Positions 42,494 through 54,749 of a stretch of 64,000 nt of DNA are shown in pieces. The notes below the pieces were generated by a model. The model ran no database searches. It was not told the DNA's origin and saw only the letters and a list, made by a program, of their open reading frames with translations. The translations under genes and the position numbers were made by a program. Numbering within the stretch: the stretch's first letter is position 1; the number at the start of each line of letters is the position of its first letter. Source of the stretch: Rhizobacter sp. (lineage in GTDB: Bacteria > Pseudomonadota > Gammaproteobacteria > Burkholderiales > Burkholderiaceae_C); the NCBI GenBank assembly GCA_046598195.1, contig JBKJJF010000175.1:19783-83782 (forward strand), given 5' to 3'.

Positions 42494-43615
42494 ATGTCTG
42501 ACACCACCGCCCTGCTGAACACCCCGCTGTACGCGCTCCACCTCGAACTCGGCGCCAAGATGGTGCCGTTTGCCGGCTACGAGATGCCAGTCAACTACCC
42601 CGGCGGCATCATCGCGGAGCACAAACACTGCCGCGATTCGGCCTCGCTGTTCGACGTGTCGCACATGGGCCAGCTTCGTTTGGTGGGCGATGACGCCGCC
42701 CGAGCACTCGAATCGTTGGTGCCGGTCGACGTGGTCGACCTGCCCGTCGGCAAGCAGCGTTACGCGCTGTTCACCAACACGAGCGGCGGCATCCTCGACG
42801 ACCTGATGATCACGCGCCGCGAAGGCGATCTGTTCGTGATCGTCAACGCCGCCTGCAAAGCAGCTGACACGCGCCACCTCGTCACCCATATCGGCCACCG
42901 CTGCACCGTGCAGCCCTTGCCCGACCGCGCCTTGCTCGCGTTGCAGGGCCCCAAGGCGGCAGCCGCCCTGCGCCGCCTCAGCCCCGAAGTCGCCAGCCTC
43001 ACCTTCATGACCGGCATACACGCGCACATTGCCGGTGCCGACTGTTTTGTCACCCGCTCGGGTTACACCGGCGAAGACGGCTTCGAGATCTCGGTGCCTG
43101 CGGACAAAGCCGAAGCCCTGGCCCGCGCCCTGCTCGCCTTGCCTGAAGTGAAACCTGCCGGCCTGGGCGCACGCGACACCCTGCGTCTGGAGGCCGGCCT
43201 GTGCCTCTATGGCCACGACATCAACGACACCACCACGCCGGTCGAGGCCGGGCTCACCTGGGCCATTCAGAAAGTGCGGCGCCCCGGCGGTGCGCGCGCG
43301 GGTGGCTACCCGGGCGCGAACGTCATCGAAGCGCAGCTTGCCAACGGCCCCAGCAACAAGCGTGTGGGCCTGCTCGGCCTGGAGCGTGTGCCAGTGCGCG
43401 AAGGCGCGAACATCGTCGACGCCAAAGGCCACAAGCTGGGCCACGTGACCAGCGGCACCCTCTCGCCCAGCGTCAACCAGCCCATTGCGATGGCCTACCT
43501 CGCCAGCAACCACGCGCTGCCACACCACGAGGTGTACGCCGAAGTGCGTGGCAAACGCCTGCCCATGCGCGTGACCACCATGCCTTTTGCGCCGCATCGT
43601 TATCACCGTGGGTGA
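42494..43615 (+). CDS. gcvT: Glycine cleavage T protein
   Basis: TPLY, FAGYEMP, LFDVSHMG, RSGYTGEDGFEI, GARDTLRLEAG. Confidence 0.97.
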   Translation: MSDTTALLNTPLYALHLELGAKMVPFAGYEMPVNYPGGIIAEHKHCRDSASLFDVSHMGQLRLVGDDAARALESLVPVDVVDLPVGKQRYALFTNTSGGILDDLMITRREGDLFVIVNAACKAADTRHLVTHIGHRCTVQPLPDRALLALQGPKAAAALRRLSPEVASLTFMTGIHAHIAGADCFVTRSGYTGEDGFEISVPADKAEALARALLALPEVKPAGLGARDTLRLEAGLCLYGHDINDTTTPVEAGLTWAIQKVRRPGGARAGGYPGANVIEAQLANGPSNKRVGLLGLERVPVREGANIVDAKGHKLGHVTSGTLSPSVNQPIAMAYLASNHALPHHEVYAEVRGKRLPMRVTTMPFAPHRYHRG

Positions 43616-43647
43616 TCCCCCGCGGTTGATCCCCGCGGCTGAACCCC
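43613..43647. repeat. Short degenerate tandem repeat
   Basis: TGATCCCCCGCGGT TGATCCCCGCGGC TGAACCCC, starting at the gcvT stop codon. Confidence 0.55.
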
Positions 43648-43678
43648 TTTATCTCTTTCAAGCAACCAGGAGCCTCCC

Positions 43679-44053
43679 ATGACGACCATGTACACCCCAG
43701 ACCACGAGTGGATCAACATCGAAGACCACGAAGCCGCCACCGTAGGCATCACGGTGCACGCACAAGACGCACTGGGCGATGTGGTGTTCGTCGACCTGCC
43801 CGAGGTGGGCCGCAGTTTCAAAAAGGGTGAGGTCTCGGGCGTGGTCGAGTCGGTGAAAGCTGCGGCTGATCTGTACATGCCGGTCAGTGGCGAAGTCGTC
43901 GAAGTCAACGAAGCCCTGCGCGCCGACCCGGCACTCGCCAACACCGACCCGCTCGGCACCGGCTGGTTCTTCAAGGTGCGTGTGGCCGACATGGCCGAGT
44001 TCGCGCAGTTGCTCGACGCTCCCGCCTACGAGCAACTCGTCAAGAACTCCTGA
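43679..44053 (+). CDS. gcvH: Glycine cleavage H protein
   Basis: [25 protein letters not shown] lipoyl-Lys motif. Confidence 0.97.
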   Translation: MTTMYTPDHEWINIEDHEAATVGITVHAQDALGDVVFVDLPEVGRSFKKGEVSGVVESVKAAADLYMPVSGEVVEVNEALRADPALANTDPLGTGWFFKVRVADMAEFAQLLDAPAYEQLVKNS

Positions 44054-44054
44054 G

Positions 44055-44096
44055 CCTTCGCACACCCACCTTCGCACACCCACCTTCGTATACCCC
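44055..44096. repeat. 14-bp tandem repeat x3
   Basis: CCTTCGCACACCCA, CCTTCGCACACCCA, CCTTCGTATACCCC. Confidence 0.8.
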
Positions 44097-44169
44097 CGTT
44101 CGCCCCGAGCCTGTCGAAGGGTGCGCCGTGCATTGCGCCGGCTCCCTTCGACAAGCTCAGGGCGATCGG
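44096..44169. repeat. REP-like palindromic element, copy 2
   Basis: CCGTTCGCCCCGAGCCTGTCGAAGGG ... CCCTTCGACAAGCTCAGGGCGATCGG. Confidence 0.88.
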
Positions 44170-44208
44170 AATACAGGCTCGGCCCCGAACGGAGAAAGAC
44201 ACAACACC

Positions 44209-47087
<2,879 letters not shown>

Positions 47088-47100
<13 letters not shown>

Positions 47101-47507
47101 CGCTGCCCGTGGCGGGCTGCGCTGTCACGGCGCAGCCCCATGAACTGCAGCTCCGCAAATACCAGCCCCGCGAGCACGTGCATGCCCAGGAAGGCCAGGC
47201 CCAGCGGCGTGGGCGCGAACCACACGCCGGCTGCGATGGCCACGCAGTCAATCGCCCAGACCAGGTTGAATCCGATGAACACCCACAGCGCTGCCCGCGG
47301 CACGCTGGGGCGCCCCGCCATCCAGCACAGCAGGGCCGCATAAGCCACCAAGGCGACACCGCCGGGCACCAGCAACCACGCCGGCAAGCCCAGCCAGGGT
47401 GCGAGCAAACCACCACCGAGCGCCATGGCCGCGCCGCTCGGGACGCTCAACACGGCGTCAGCCAGAAGAACGCGCCGCAGAAATGTGGAAATAGAAACGT
47501 GTGACAT
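47088..47507 (-). CDS. Small four-TM membrane protein
   Basis: [10 protein letters not shown]..., hydrophobic, [10 protein letters not shown]; GGAG RBS; divergent from XRE/MmyB regulator. Confidence 0.75.
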
Positions 47508-47582
47508 GAACATCTCCGGTTGAAAACCACCGCGGTTGCGGCAGCACGGAGCGCATCTTTCGGCAGCGGCGTGTGCCCGTCG

Positions 47583-47599
47583 ATGACCTGAGAGGTCAT
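47583..47599. promoter_or_regulatory. Operator palindrome candidate
   Basis: ATGACCT-gag-AGGTCAT in the divergent intergenic region. Confidence 0.65.
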
Positions 47600-47634
47600 G
47601 GAGCGCCCACCCCGGCTGCGTTATGGTCTGCCCC

Positions 47635-48465
47635 ATGCAAACCGCCCTCGCCCCGACCACCGCCCAACCCATCGGCGCGCTGCTGCGCGAATGGCGCCAG
47701 CGCCGCCGCCTGAGCCAGCTCGACCTCGCGCTTGATGCCGACATCTCCACCCGCCACCTGAGCTATGTGGAAACCGGCCGCGCCGCACCCAGCCGCGCGA
47801 TGGTGCTGCACCTGGCCGAGCAGCTCGAGGTGCCGCTGCGCGAGCGCAACACGCTGCTGGCCGCCGCCGGTTTCGCACCCATCTACCGCGAGCGCGCCCT
47901 CGACGACCCAGCCCTGCAGGCCGCGCGTGAAGCGGTCGATCTGGTGCTGCGCGCGCATGAGCCCTACCCCGCACTGGCGGTCGACCGGCACTGGAACATG
48001 CTGTCGCACAACCGCCCGGTGCTGGCGCTGATGGAGGGCATCGCCCCTGAGTTGCTGGCGCCGCCGCTCAACGTGCTGCGCCTGAGCCTGCACCCGCAAG
48101 GCATGGCCCCGAAGATCGTCAACCTCTCGGCCTGGCGTACCCACCTCTTCGAACGCCTGCGCCACCAGATTGCTGTCAGCGCCGATCCGGTGCTCGCCGC
48201 CTTGCTCGAAGAGCTGCAAAGCTACCCCACCCCGCCAGACGACGTGCCTTACGAGGCGATCGCCCTCAACGCCGTGGCCTTGCCGCTGCAGCTGCGCACG
48301 GCGATGGGGGTGCTGTCGTTCATCAGCACCATCACGGTGTTCGGCACGCCGGTCGACATCACCTTGTCGGAGCTGGCGCTGGAGACGTTTTTCCCGGCCG
48401 ACCCGTTCACCGCGCAAGCCCTGCGTCGCTTGGGTGACGGACAAAACAACGTCCAGCAGCCATAA
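47635..48465 (+). CDS. XRE-HTH/MmyB-family transcriptional regulator
   Basis: LREWRQRRRLSQLDLAL...STRHLSYVETGR, HEPYPA..VDRHWN, ELALETFFPAD. Confidence 0.9.
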   Translation: MQTALAPTTAQPIGALLREWRQRRRLSQLDLALDADISTRHLSYVETGRAAPSRAMVLHLAEQLEVPLRERNTLLAAAGFAPIYRERALDDPALQAAREAVDLVLRAHEPYPALAVDRHWNMLSHNRPVLALMEGIAPELLAPPLNVLRLSLHPQGMAPKIVNLSAWRTHLFERLRHQIAVSADPVLAALLEELQSYPTPPDDVPYEAIALNAVALPLQLRTAMGVLSFISTITVFGTPVDITLSELALETFFPADPFTAQALRRLGDGQNNVQQP

Positions 48466-48488
48466 ACGGGAGCCCACAGGAGACAAGA

Positions 48489-50702
48489 ATGACAACGACC
48501 ATTGCCCACCGGATCTGCCCCGTTTGTGAAGCCTGCTGCGGGCTCGACGTGCATGTGGACAGTGGCAAGGTCATCGCCATTCGCGGCCAAGAGAGCGACG
48601 GCTTCAGCAAGGGCTACCTCTGCCCCAAGGGCGTGGCGCTGAAAGACCTGCACGACGACCCCGACCGCCTGCGCACGCCGCTGATCAAACGCGATGGCAA
48701 GTTCGTTGAAGCCAGCTGGGACGAGGCCTTCGCCGAGATCGAGCGCCGCCTGCTGCCGCTGCGCAAAGAGTTTGGCAACAACGCGGTCGCCGTGTCGGCC
48801 GGCAACCCCAGCAGCCACAGGCTCGGGCTGATGCTCTACACCGGCCGCCTGCTCAAGTCGCTCGGTTCACACAACATCTTCTCCGCTTCCACGCTCGACC
48901 AGATGCCCAAGCAGCTCTCCAGCGGGCTGATGTTTGGCAGCTGGCTCTCCATCCCCGTGCCCGACATCGAGCGCTGCGACTTTCTGCTGATGCTCGGCGC
49001 CAACCCGATGGCCAGCAACGGCAGCCTGTGGACGGTGCCCGATTTCCGCGGCAAGGCCAAAGCCCTGCACGCCCGCGGCGGCAAGCTGGTGGTGATCGAC
49101 CCGCGCCGCACCGAGACGGCCGACATTGCCGACCGCCACCTGCCCATTCGCCCCGGTGGTGACGCGCACCTGCTGCTGGGCATGGTGCACACGCTGTTTG
49201 CTGAAGGTCTGGTGCGCTTGGGCCGCTTGGCCGAACACGTGGCGGGCGTCGACGAGCTGCGTGCCGCCGTGCAGCCGTTTTCAGCCGACGCAGTGGCCCC
49301 GCGCTGCGGCATGGCGGCCGAGACCATTCGTGAGCTCACCCGCGAGTTGGCGAAGGCCGAGCGCGCCGCCGTTTACGGCCGCCTGGGCACCAGCACGCAG
49401 ACCTTTGGCACGCTCGCCAGCTGGCTGATCGACGTGCTGAATGCACTCACCGGCCACCTCGACGAACCCGGTGGAGCCATGTTCCCCAAAGCGGCTTCGT
49501 TTTCCGCCAACACCGAAGGCAAGCCGGGCTCCGGTCGCGGCATCATCACCGGCCGCCACCGCTCACGCGTGAGCGGCGCACCCGAAGTGTTTGGCGAGTT
49601 GCCCACCGGCTGCATGGCCGAAGAGATCGAAACACCGGGGCCGGGCCAGGTGAATGCGCTGATCACGATCGCGAGCAACCCGGTTCTCTCGGCGCCCAAC
49701 GGCGCGCGGCTCGCGCAGGCGCTCGACCAGCTCGACTTCATGCTGAGCCTGGACATCTACCTCAACGAAACCACACGCCATGCCGATGTGATCTTGCCCG
49801 GCTTGTCAGCGCTGCACGAGAGCCACCACGACATCGCGCTACAGCAGTTCCAGTACCGCAACTACGTGCGCTACAGCTCGCCGGTCTTGCCCGCACCCGT
49901 TGGGCACTTGCGCGACTGGCAGGTGATGGTCAAGCTGATCGGCCTGTTCCAGGGCAAGGGCGCTGGCGCCGACCCGCAGCAGATCGACGATGCGATGTTG
50001 ATGGCCGAGCTGGAGCGCAGCTTTGGCGAGAAGGCGGGCGCGGTGATGGCCGAGCTGTCACAACACAGCGGCCCCGACCGCCGGGTCGATCTTGCGTTGC
50101 GCACCGGGCCCTACGGCGACGGTTTTGGCCGCAACCCCGACGGCTTGACGCTTGCGAAGGTGAAGGCCGCACCGGGCGGCATCGACCTCGGTGAACTTCA
50201 GCCGCGTGTGCCCGAGATGCTGCGCACACCCAGCGGCAAGATCGAACTTGCACCGCCCCTGTTGATGGCCGACCTGCCGCGTGCCTTGGCCGCCCTCGTT
50301 GAGCCCACGGCCGACATGGTGATCATCGGCCGCCGCCACGTGCGCTCCAACAACAGCTGGATGCACAACCTGCCGCTGCTCGCCAAGGGCCCCTTCCGCT
50401 GCACCGCCTTGGTGAACCCGGCCGATGCCCAACGCCTGGGGCTGGTCGATGGTGCCCAGGCGCGCATCGCGGGCCATGCCGGCCATGCCATCGAAGCGCA
50501 GGTGGAGATCAGCGACACCATCATGCAAGGCGTAGTCAGCCTGCCGCACGGATGGGGGCACAACCTGCCAGGCGCTCAGCTCGGCCTGGCCTCGCAGCGC
50601 CCGGGCAGCAACCTCAACACCGTGCTCGACGAAAACCTGCGCGACCCGGTGTCGGGCAACGCCGTGCTGGGTGGTGTGGCGGTCGAGGTGTCGGCGGTCT
50701 AA
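48489..50702 (+). CDS. Molybdopterin-dependent oxidoreductase (DMSO reductase superfamily)
   Basis: CPVCEACC...CPKG [4Fe-4S] motif, DPDRLRTPL, VIDPRRTETA, RSNNSWMHN, GVVSLPHGWG. Confidence 0.9.
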   Translation: MTTTIAHRICPVCEACCGLDVHVDSGKVIAIRGQESDGFSKGYLCPKGVALKDLHDDPDRLRTPLIKRDGKFVEASWDEAFAEIERRLLPLRKEFGNNAVAVSAGNPSSHRLGLMLYTGRLLKSLGSHNIFSASTLDQMPKQLSSGLMFGSWLSIPVPDIERCDFLLMLGANPMASNGSLWTVPDFRGKAKALHARGGKLVVIDPRRTETADIADRHLPIRPGGDAHLLLGMVHTLFAEGLVRLGRLAEHVAGVDELRAAVQPFSADAVAPRCGMAAETIRELTRELAKAERAAVYGRLGTSTQTFGTLASWLIDVLNALTGHLDEPGGAMFPKAASFSANTEGKPGSGRGIITGRHRSRVSGAPEVFGELPTGCMAEEIETPGPGQVNALITIASNPVLSAPNGARLAQALDQLDFMLSLDIYLNETTRHADVILPGLSALHESHHDIALQQFQYRNYVRYSSPVLPAPVGHLRDWQVMVKLIGLFQGKGAGADPQQIDDAMLMAELERSFGEKAGAVMAELSQHSGPDRRVDLALRTGPYGDGFGRNPDGLTLAKVKAAPGGIDLGELQPRVPEMLRTPSGKIELAPPLLMADLPRALAALVEPTADMVIIGRRHVRSNNSWMHNLPLLAKGPFRCTALVNPADAQRLGLVDGAQARIAGHAGHAIEAQVEISDTIMQGVVSLPHGWGHNLPGAQLGLASQRPGSNLNTVLDENLRDPVSGNAVLGGVAVEVSAV

Positions 50703-51517
50703 CGACCCACCTCGGAAAACTGCGCCGCATTGCTGCGCAGCCAGTCGCGTGACAGCGAATCGTCTTGCTGGCGCGGGTGGAAGCCGGCCTTGAGGTACGC
50801 GCGCCACGGCTTGTAGGTGCAACGCACCAACCCGTTTTGACCAAACAAGGTGCGCACTGCACTGCGCCAGGTGCTGAGGCGAAACAGGTCGCCGTCGTGC
50901 CAGAGGTTGCGCACCGTCTGGCGCAGCACATCGGTCAGGAACAGCATGGTCACGCGGCGAAACCACTTCACGCGCCACTCGTGGCTGCCACCCAGCGCGA
51001 GGTAGATGTCGAAGGCGGTGCTGCGGTGTTCCGACTCTTCGGAGGCATGCCACAGCCACATGGTGCGAAGCCGCGGCTCGGCACCTTCGAACACTTCGGT
51101 ATGGCCCAGCATCCACTCCGCGAGGATGGCCGTGAAGTGCTCGGTGGCGGCCGTCACCGCCACCACGTGGCGCGCATCGACCTGGTCAAACAGCGGCGTG
51201 CGGCGGGTGATGCGTGCCTCCCAGGTGTTCGCGTACCCGAGCCGGTCGAGGTGGCCATTGAACAGCGCGTGGATGCGCCGATGGGTGGCCTCTTGGCCAA
51301 TGAAACCCTGCACCTCGGCGGCGTAACGCGCCCGCTCGCCTTCAGGCAGCTGCTTGACCCCCGCACGCAGCGAGTCGATGAAAAACTGCTCGCCCACCGG
51401 GAAGCTCATCGACAAAGCGTTGAACAAGGCGCTGACAAAAGCATCGCCCCCCGCCCAACGGCGCGGCACAGCGGTTTCAAGATCGATCAACAGGCGGCGC
51501 ACTACGAGGTCGGTCAT
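50699..51517 (-). CDS. Predicted metal-dependent hydrolase (ferritin-like E/H motifs)
   Basis: FNALSMSFP.GEQFFI, FIGQEATH, TEHFTA, WHASEESEH. Confidence 0.85.
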   Translation of the reverse strand: MTDLVVRRLLIDLETAVPRRWAGGDAFVSALFNALSMSFPVGEQFFIDSLRAGVKQLPEGERARYAAEVQGFIGQEATHRRIHALFNGHLDRLGYANTWEARITRRTPLFDQVDARHVVAVTAATEHFTAILAEWMLGHTEVFEGAEPRLRTMWLWHASEESEHRSTAFDIYLALGGSHEWRVKWFRRVTMLFLTDVLRQTVRNLWHDGDLFRLSTWRSAVRTLFGQNGLVRCTYKPWRAYLKAGFHPRQQDDSLSRDWLRSNAAQFSEVGR

Positions 51518-51542
51518 GGCACTTTCTTTCATGGCTTGAGTC

Positions 51543-51604
51543 TGGTACTGGTTGGTACCAATGGTCACCAATGTGCCAATCCATTGTGGTACTGTCAAGT
51601 ACCA
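51543..51604. promoter_or_regulatory. Two TGGTAC-N6-GTACCA palindromes (TetR operator candidates)
   Basis: TGGTACTGGTTGGTACCA 51543-51560 and TGGTACTGTCAAGTACCA 51587-51604 between divergent hydrolase and TetR genes. Confidence 0.72.
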
Positions 51605-51637
51605 GCTTGAATACTTTCCTTCCTTTTCATTCCTTTT

Positions 51638-51792
51638 CCTGATTAGCGACGTACCTCAGCCTATCCAATTTTCCGTTCGGGCTGAGCCTGTCGAAGGGTG
51701 CGCCGTGCACTGCGCACCCTTCGACAGGCTCAGGGCGAACGGAGCTTGGCTCAGGGCGAACGGAGCTTGGCTGAGGTTCGTCGCTAGTCAGG
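51638..51792. mobile_element. 155-bp MITE with IS1595-group-like ends, carrying REP-like palindrome copy 3
   Basis: 24-bp terminal IRs CCTGATTAGCGACGTACCTCAGCC / GGCTGAGGTTCGTCGCTAGTCAGG (2 mismatches); flanking TTCCTTTT direct repeat at 51630-51637 and 51793-51800. Confidence 0.82.
51673..51742. repeat. REP-like palindromic element, copy 3 (followed by 21-bp tandem duplication, 51727-51768)
   Basis: CCGTTCGGGCTGAGCCTGTCGAAGGGTGCGC ... GCGCACCCTTCGACAGGCTCAGGGCGAACGG; GGCTCAGGGCGAACGGAGCTT x2. Confidence 0.9.
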
Positions 51793-51811
51793 TTCCTTTT
51801 TGCACAACCGC

Positions 51812-52396
51812 ATGACTGCGCCCGACAACCAGAACGAACACCGCCGCCGCCTGCTCGACGCCATGGCCGAGGCCGTCGCCCACAAGGGTTATGCCGACAC
51901 CACCATCGCCGACCTGGCCGGCGGCGCACGGGTGTCGCGCCGCACCTTCTACGAACACTTCAGCAGCAAAGAAGAGTGCCTGATCGCGTTGTATGAAGCC
52001 GCCAGCGGCCAAGCCTTGTCGGTGCTGCGCAAGGCCATAGCGCCCGGGCACGATCCGCTGATGCAGGCCGAGCAGGCGCTGCGGGCCTACTTTGCCTGCC
52101 TGGCCAGCAACCCACTGCTGCTGAAGACGCTGTTCGTCGCCATCCTCGGCCTGGGCGCGGTCGGTCTGGCGGCGCGGCGGCGGGTCAACCAGCATTTGGC
52201 CCAGCTGATCTTGGAGGTCGTCAACCAGCCTTCAGCCAGCCACTCGCCACTGCCCCAGGCGCTGGCCGTGACCATCGTCGGCGGCATCAACGAGCTGGTG
52301 CTGGAGATGATCGAGTGCGACCGCATCGACCAGCTCGCAACCCTCAGCGACACCGCCGCGCAGTTCGTGCGCGCCGTGGTCAACGGCGCGCGCTGA
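51812..52396 (+). CDS. TetR/AcrR-family regulator
   Basis: RRRLLDAM...KGY..TTIADL...ARVSRRTFYEHF.SKEE. Confidence 0.93.
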   Translation: MTAPDNQNEHRRRLLDAMAEAVAHKGYADTTIADLAGGARVSRRTFYEHFSSKEECLIALYEAASGQALSVLRKAIAPGHDPLMQAEQALRAYFACLASNPLLLKTLFVAILGLGAVGLAARRRVNQHLAQLILEVVNQPSASHSPLPQALAVTIVGGINELVLEMIECDRIDQLATLSDTAAQFVRAVVNGAR

Positions 52397-53494
52397 TCAG
52401 CCCACCACCCGCACGCTCATGCCCTGGCGCGCAAGCCTCGGCGGGTCGTTGAAGCTGCGAAACGCCTGGCCGCCGATGCTGTCAAGCCACACATCGGCCC
52501 GCTCGCGCTCGGCCGGCGAGAGGCTCGTGTACACGTCGCGCGCACGCTGCATCATCCACAGGCTGTAGGGGCGCACGATGCGCTCGCCATACTCGCCTTC
52601 CAGCTCGAAGCTGTGCGAGCCGATCACCCGCGGAATGCGCTCGCCCGGGTGCGCCACCACCCACTCGGCCAGCAGGCGCGATGAGTCGGCGAGCACCGGC
52701 AGCTGCTCGCGCATCATGCGGCGCATCACGGGTGCCAAGGTGCCGGGCAGCTCGTCGCCTGCCAAGAACTCACCGCTGCGCGGCGCCGGGGCGTCACGCA
52801 GCCGCTCGACCCAGGCCACCACCTGGGGGGCGAGGCGGCGCATCAACGCGCCGCTGGCAGGGTCGCGGTACTGGTGGGCATACAGCGGGCCGTAAAGCCC
52901 AAAGTCGCCGATCGACGGGCGTGTGCCCAGCAGGTAGGGGCTGGCGGCAAAGTGTTGATCCAGCTCCGCCAGCAGACCTTCGTAGGAACGCTCGACGGCC
53001 GCCTGCATCTGCGGTGTGGAAGCCCCCAGCAGCACCGCCGCCTGCGCAAACGGGCCCGCGCGGCGTGTGCCGAGCTCCAGCTGCTCTTCGGGCGAGGCCT
53101 CGGGGGCGTTGACCTCGCCAAAGGCTCGCATCGCCCACTCGCGGTTGTGGTGCCAGCGGTAGTGCATGGCGGGAATCACCAGCCACTCGTCGCCATACAG
53201 CTCCAGCAGCGCGGCGGCCAGGCGCTGCACGCCGGTGGCGGGCACCACCGGGTGATCGCGGTGGTGGGCTTCGAGCGCGTCAATGATGTCGGTGGAGTCT
53301 TGCAGCGTCTCGCCTTCGGGCGTGACCATCACCGGAATCACCGGGAAGCCCACACGCGGCACGATCACCTCGCGGTAGACCTCGGCCCGCGCCAGCACCT
53401 CGACATGGGGCAAGCCCTTCCAGCGCAGGTAGGCGCGCACCTTGCCCGTGAAGTAGCTGATCTCGGCGCCGTAGAGGGTGTAGTGGGTGGTCAT
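52397..53494 (-). CDS. Glutathione S-transferase-family protein
   Basis: SYFTGKVRAYLRWKG, IPV, LQDST.II, YLLG.RPSIGDF. Confidence 0.85.
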   Translation of the reverse strand: MTTHYTLYGAEISYFTGKVRAYLRWKGLPHVEVLARAEVYREVIVPRVGFPVIPVMVTPEGETLQDSTDIIDALEAHHRDHPVVPATGVQRLAAALLELYGDEWLVIPAMHYRWHHNREWAMRAFGEVNAPEASPEEQLELGTRRAGPFAQAAVLLGASTPQMQAAVERSYEGLLAELDQHFAASPYLLGTRPSIGDFGLYGPLYAHQYRDPASGALMRRLAPQVVAWVERLRDAPAPRSGEFLAGDELPGTLAPVMRRMMREQLPVLADSSRLLAEWVVAHPGERIPRVIGSHSFELEGEYGERIVRPYSLWMMQRARDVYTSLSPAERERADVWLDSIGGQAFRSFNDPPRLARQGMSVRVVG

Positions 53495-53502
53495 GTGGGT
53501 TG

Positions 53503-54744
53503 TCAGCGTGCGCCGCGCTGCAGCTGCGAGGTGGCGAAGCCGGCCACCTGCTTGTAGCGGGCGGCAATGCCTTCAAGCTCGTCGCGCGGCATCACCTCGT
53601 GGACGTGCTTGAAGCCTTGCGGCGCGCGCTGTTCGGCAATCGCCATCACCTGCTCGGGCCCGTTCTGGCGGTTGAGCAGCACGATGTTGGCCGTCTTGGG
53701 CAAGCGGTCGGCTTCATACACATCGAGCGCGGCATCAACGCGGGCCTCACCGGCCAGTGCATCGGCCAGGCTGCGCACATCGAGAATGGCCTGTGACGCG
53801 CCGTTGGAGCCGATCGGGTACATCGGGTGCGCCGCGTCGCCCAGCAGCGTGACACGGCCCTGCCGCCAGTGCGGCAGCGGGTCACGGTCAACCAGCGGGA
53901 ATTCATAGATCGCGCCCGCGCCACGAATCAGCGCCGGAATGTCGATCCACTCCCACTGCCAACGGTCGAAGGGCTCGGCGAACACCCCGGCGTCAACCTG
54001 CTTGTTCCAGTCTTGGCGCGGCGGTGTCGGGCCCGGGATGGAGAGTTCGGCGATCCAGTTGATGCGTGAGCGGCCTTCTTCGTGCAGCTTGCGCGAGATC
54101 GGGTAGGCGACGAACTTCACGTCGGGGTGGCCGGCCATGAACATGGAGCGGCCGTCACCGAAGGGCTGGCCTTCGGTGGTGGCGCGCCACAGCACACGCT
54201 GGCCATAACGTGGCGCACCTTCGTTCGGCCACATCTGGCGCCGCGCGGCGGAGTGAATGCCGTCGGCCGCCACCAGCACGTCGGCCTCGGCGCTCACGCT
54301 GCTGCCATCGGCCAGGCGGGTGAACCCGAGCTGCACACGCTCGCTGCGGTTTTCGAAACCGGTGAGCTGATGGCCAAGCACCACGCGCTCCGGCCCCAAG
54401 CGGCTCAGCGCGGCTTCGAGCAAGATCATGTGCAGCTCGCCACGGTGGATCGAATATTGCGGCACCGGGTAACCCGCGGCCAGGCCGCGCGGCTCGCTCC
54501 AGATCGTCTGGCCGTGCTTGTTGAAATAGGTGAGCGAGGCCGTTTCAATGGCGGTGGCGGCGAGTGCATCGCGCAGGCCCAGCTCGCTCAGCTCTTTGAC
54601 GGAATGCGGCAGCAGGTTGACACCCACACCCAGCGGCAAGATCCCGCGTGCGGCTTCGTAAACAGTGCAGTCAATGCCGCGCTGATGCAGCGCAAGGGCC
54701 ATGGTCAAGCCGCCGATGCCCCCACCGGCAATGGCAATATGCAT
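53503..54744 (-). CDS. FAD-dependent monooxygenase (salicylate hydroxylase/PhzS-like)
   Basis: IAGGGIGGL, ADGIHS, VTLLGDAAHPMYPIGSNGASQAI.D. Confidence 0.9.
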   Translation of the reverse strand: MHIAIAGGGIGGLTMALALHQRGIDCTVYEAARGILPLGVGVNLLPHSVKELSELGLRDALAATAIETASLTYFNKHGQTIWSEPRGLAAGYPVPQYSIHRGELHMILLEAALSRLGPERVVLGHQLTGFENRSERVQLGFTRLADGSSVSAEADVLVAADGIHSAARRQMWPNEGAPRYGQRVLWRATTEGQPFGDGRSMFMAGHPDVKFVAYPISRKLHEEGRSRINWIAELSIPGPTPPRQDWNKQVDAGVFAEPFDRWQWEWIDIPALIRGAGAIYEFPLVDRDPLPHWRQGRVTLLGDAAHPMYPIGSNGASQAILDVRSLADALAGEARVDAALDVYEADRLPKTANIVLLNRQNGPEQVMAIAEQRAPQGFKHVHEVMPRDELEGIAARYKQVAGFATSQLQRGAR

Positions 54745-54749
54745 GGCTA

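Noticed and set aside
42124-42558. Long N-terminal extension of QueE
   Set aside because: Runs antisense through the glycine riboswitch; homology begins at GTG 42123.
44055-44169. Possible CRISPR array from the tandem repeats and palindromes (also 51673-51768)
   Set aside because: No unique spacers, no regular period, and no cas genes in the window.
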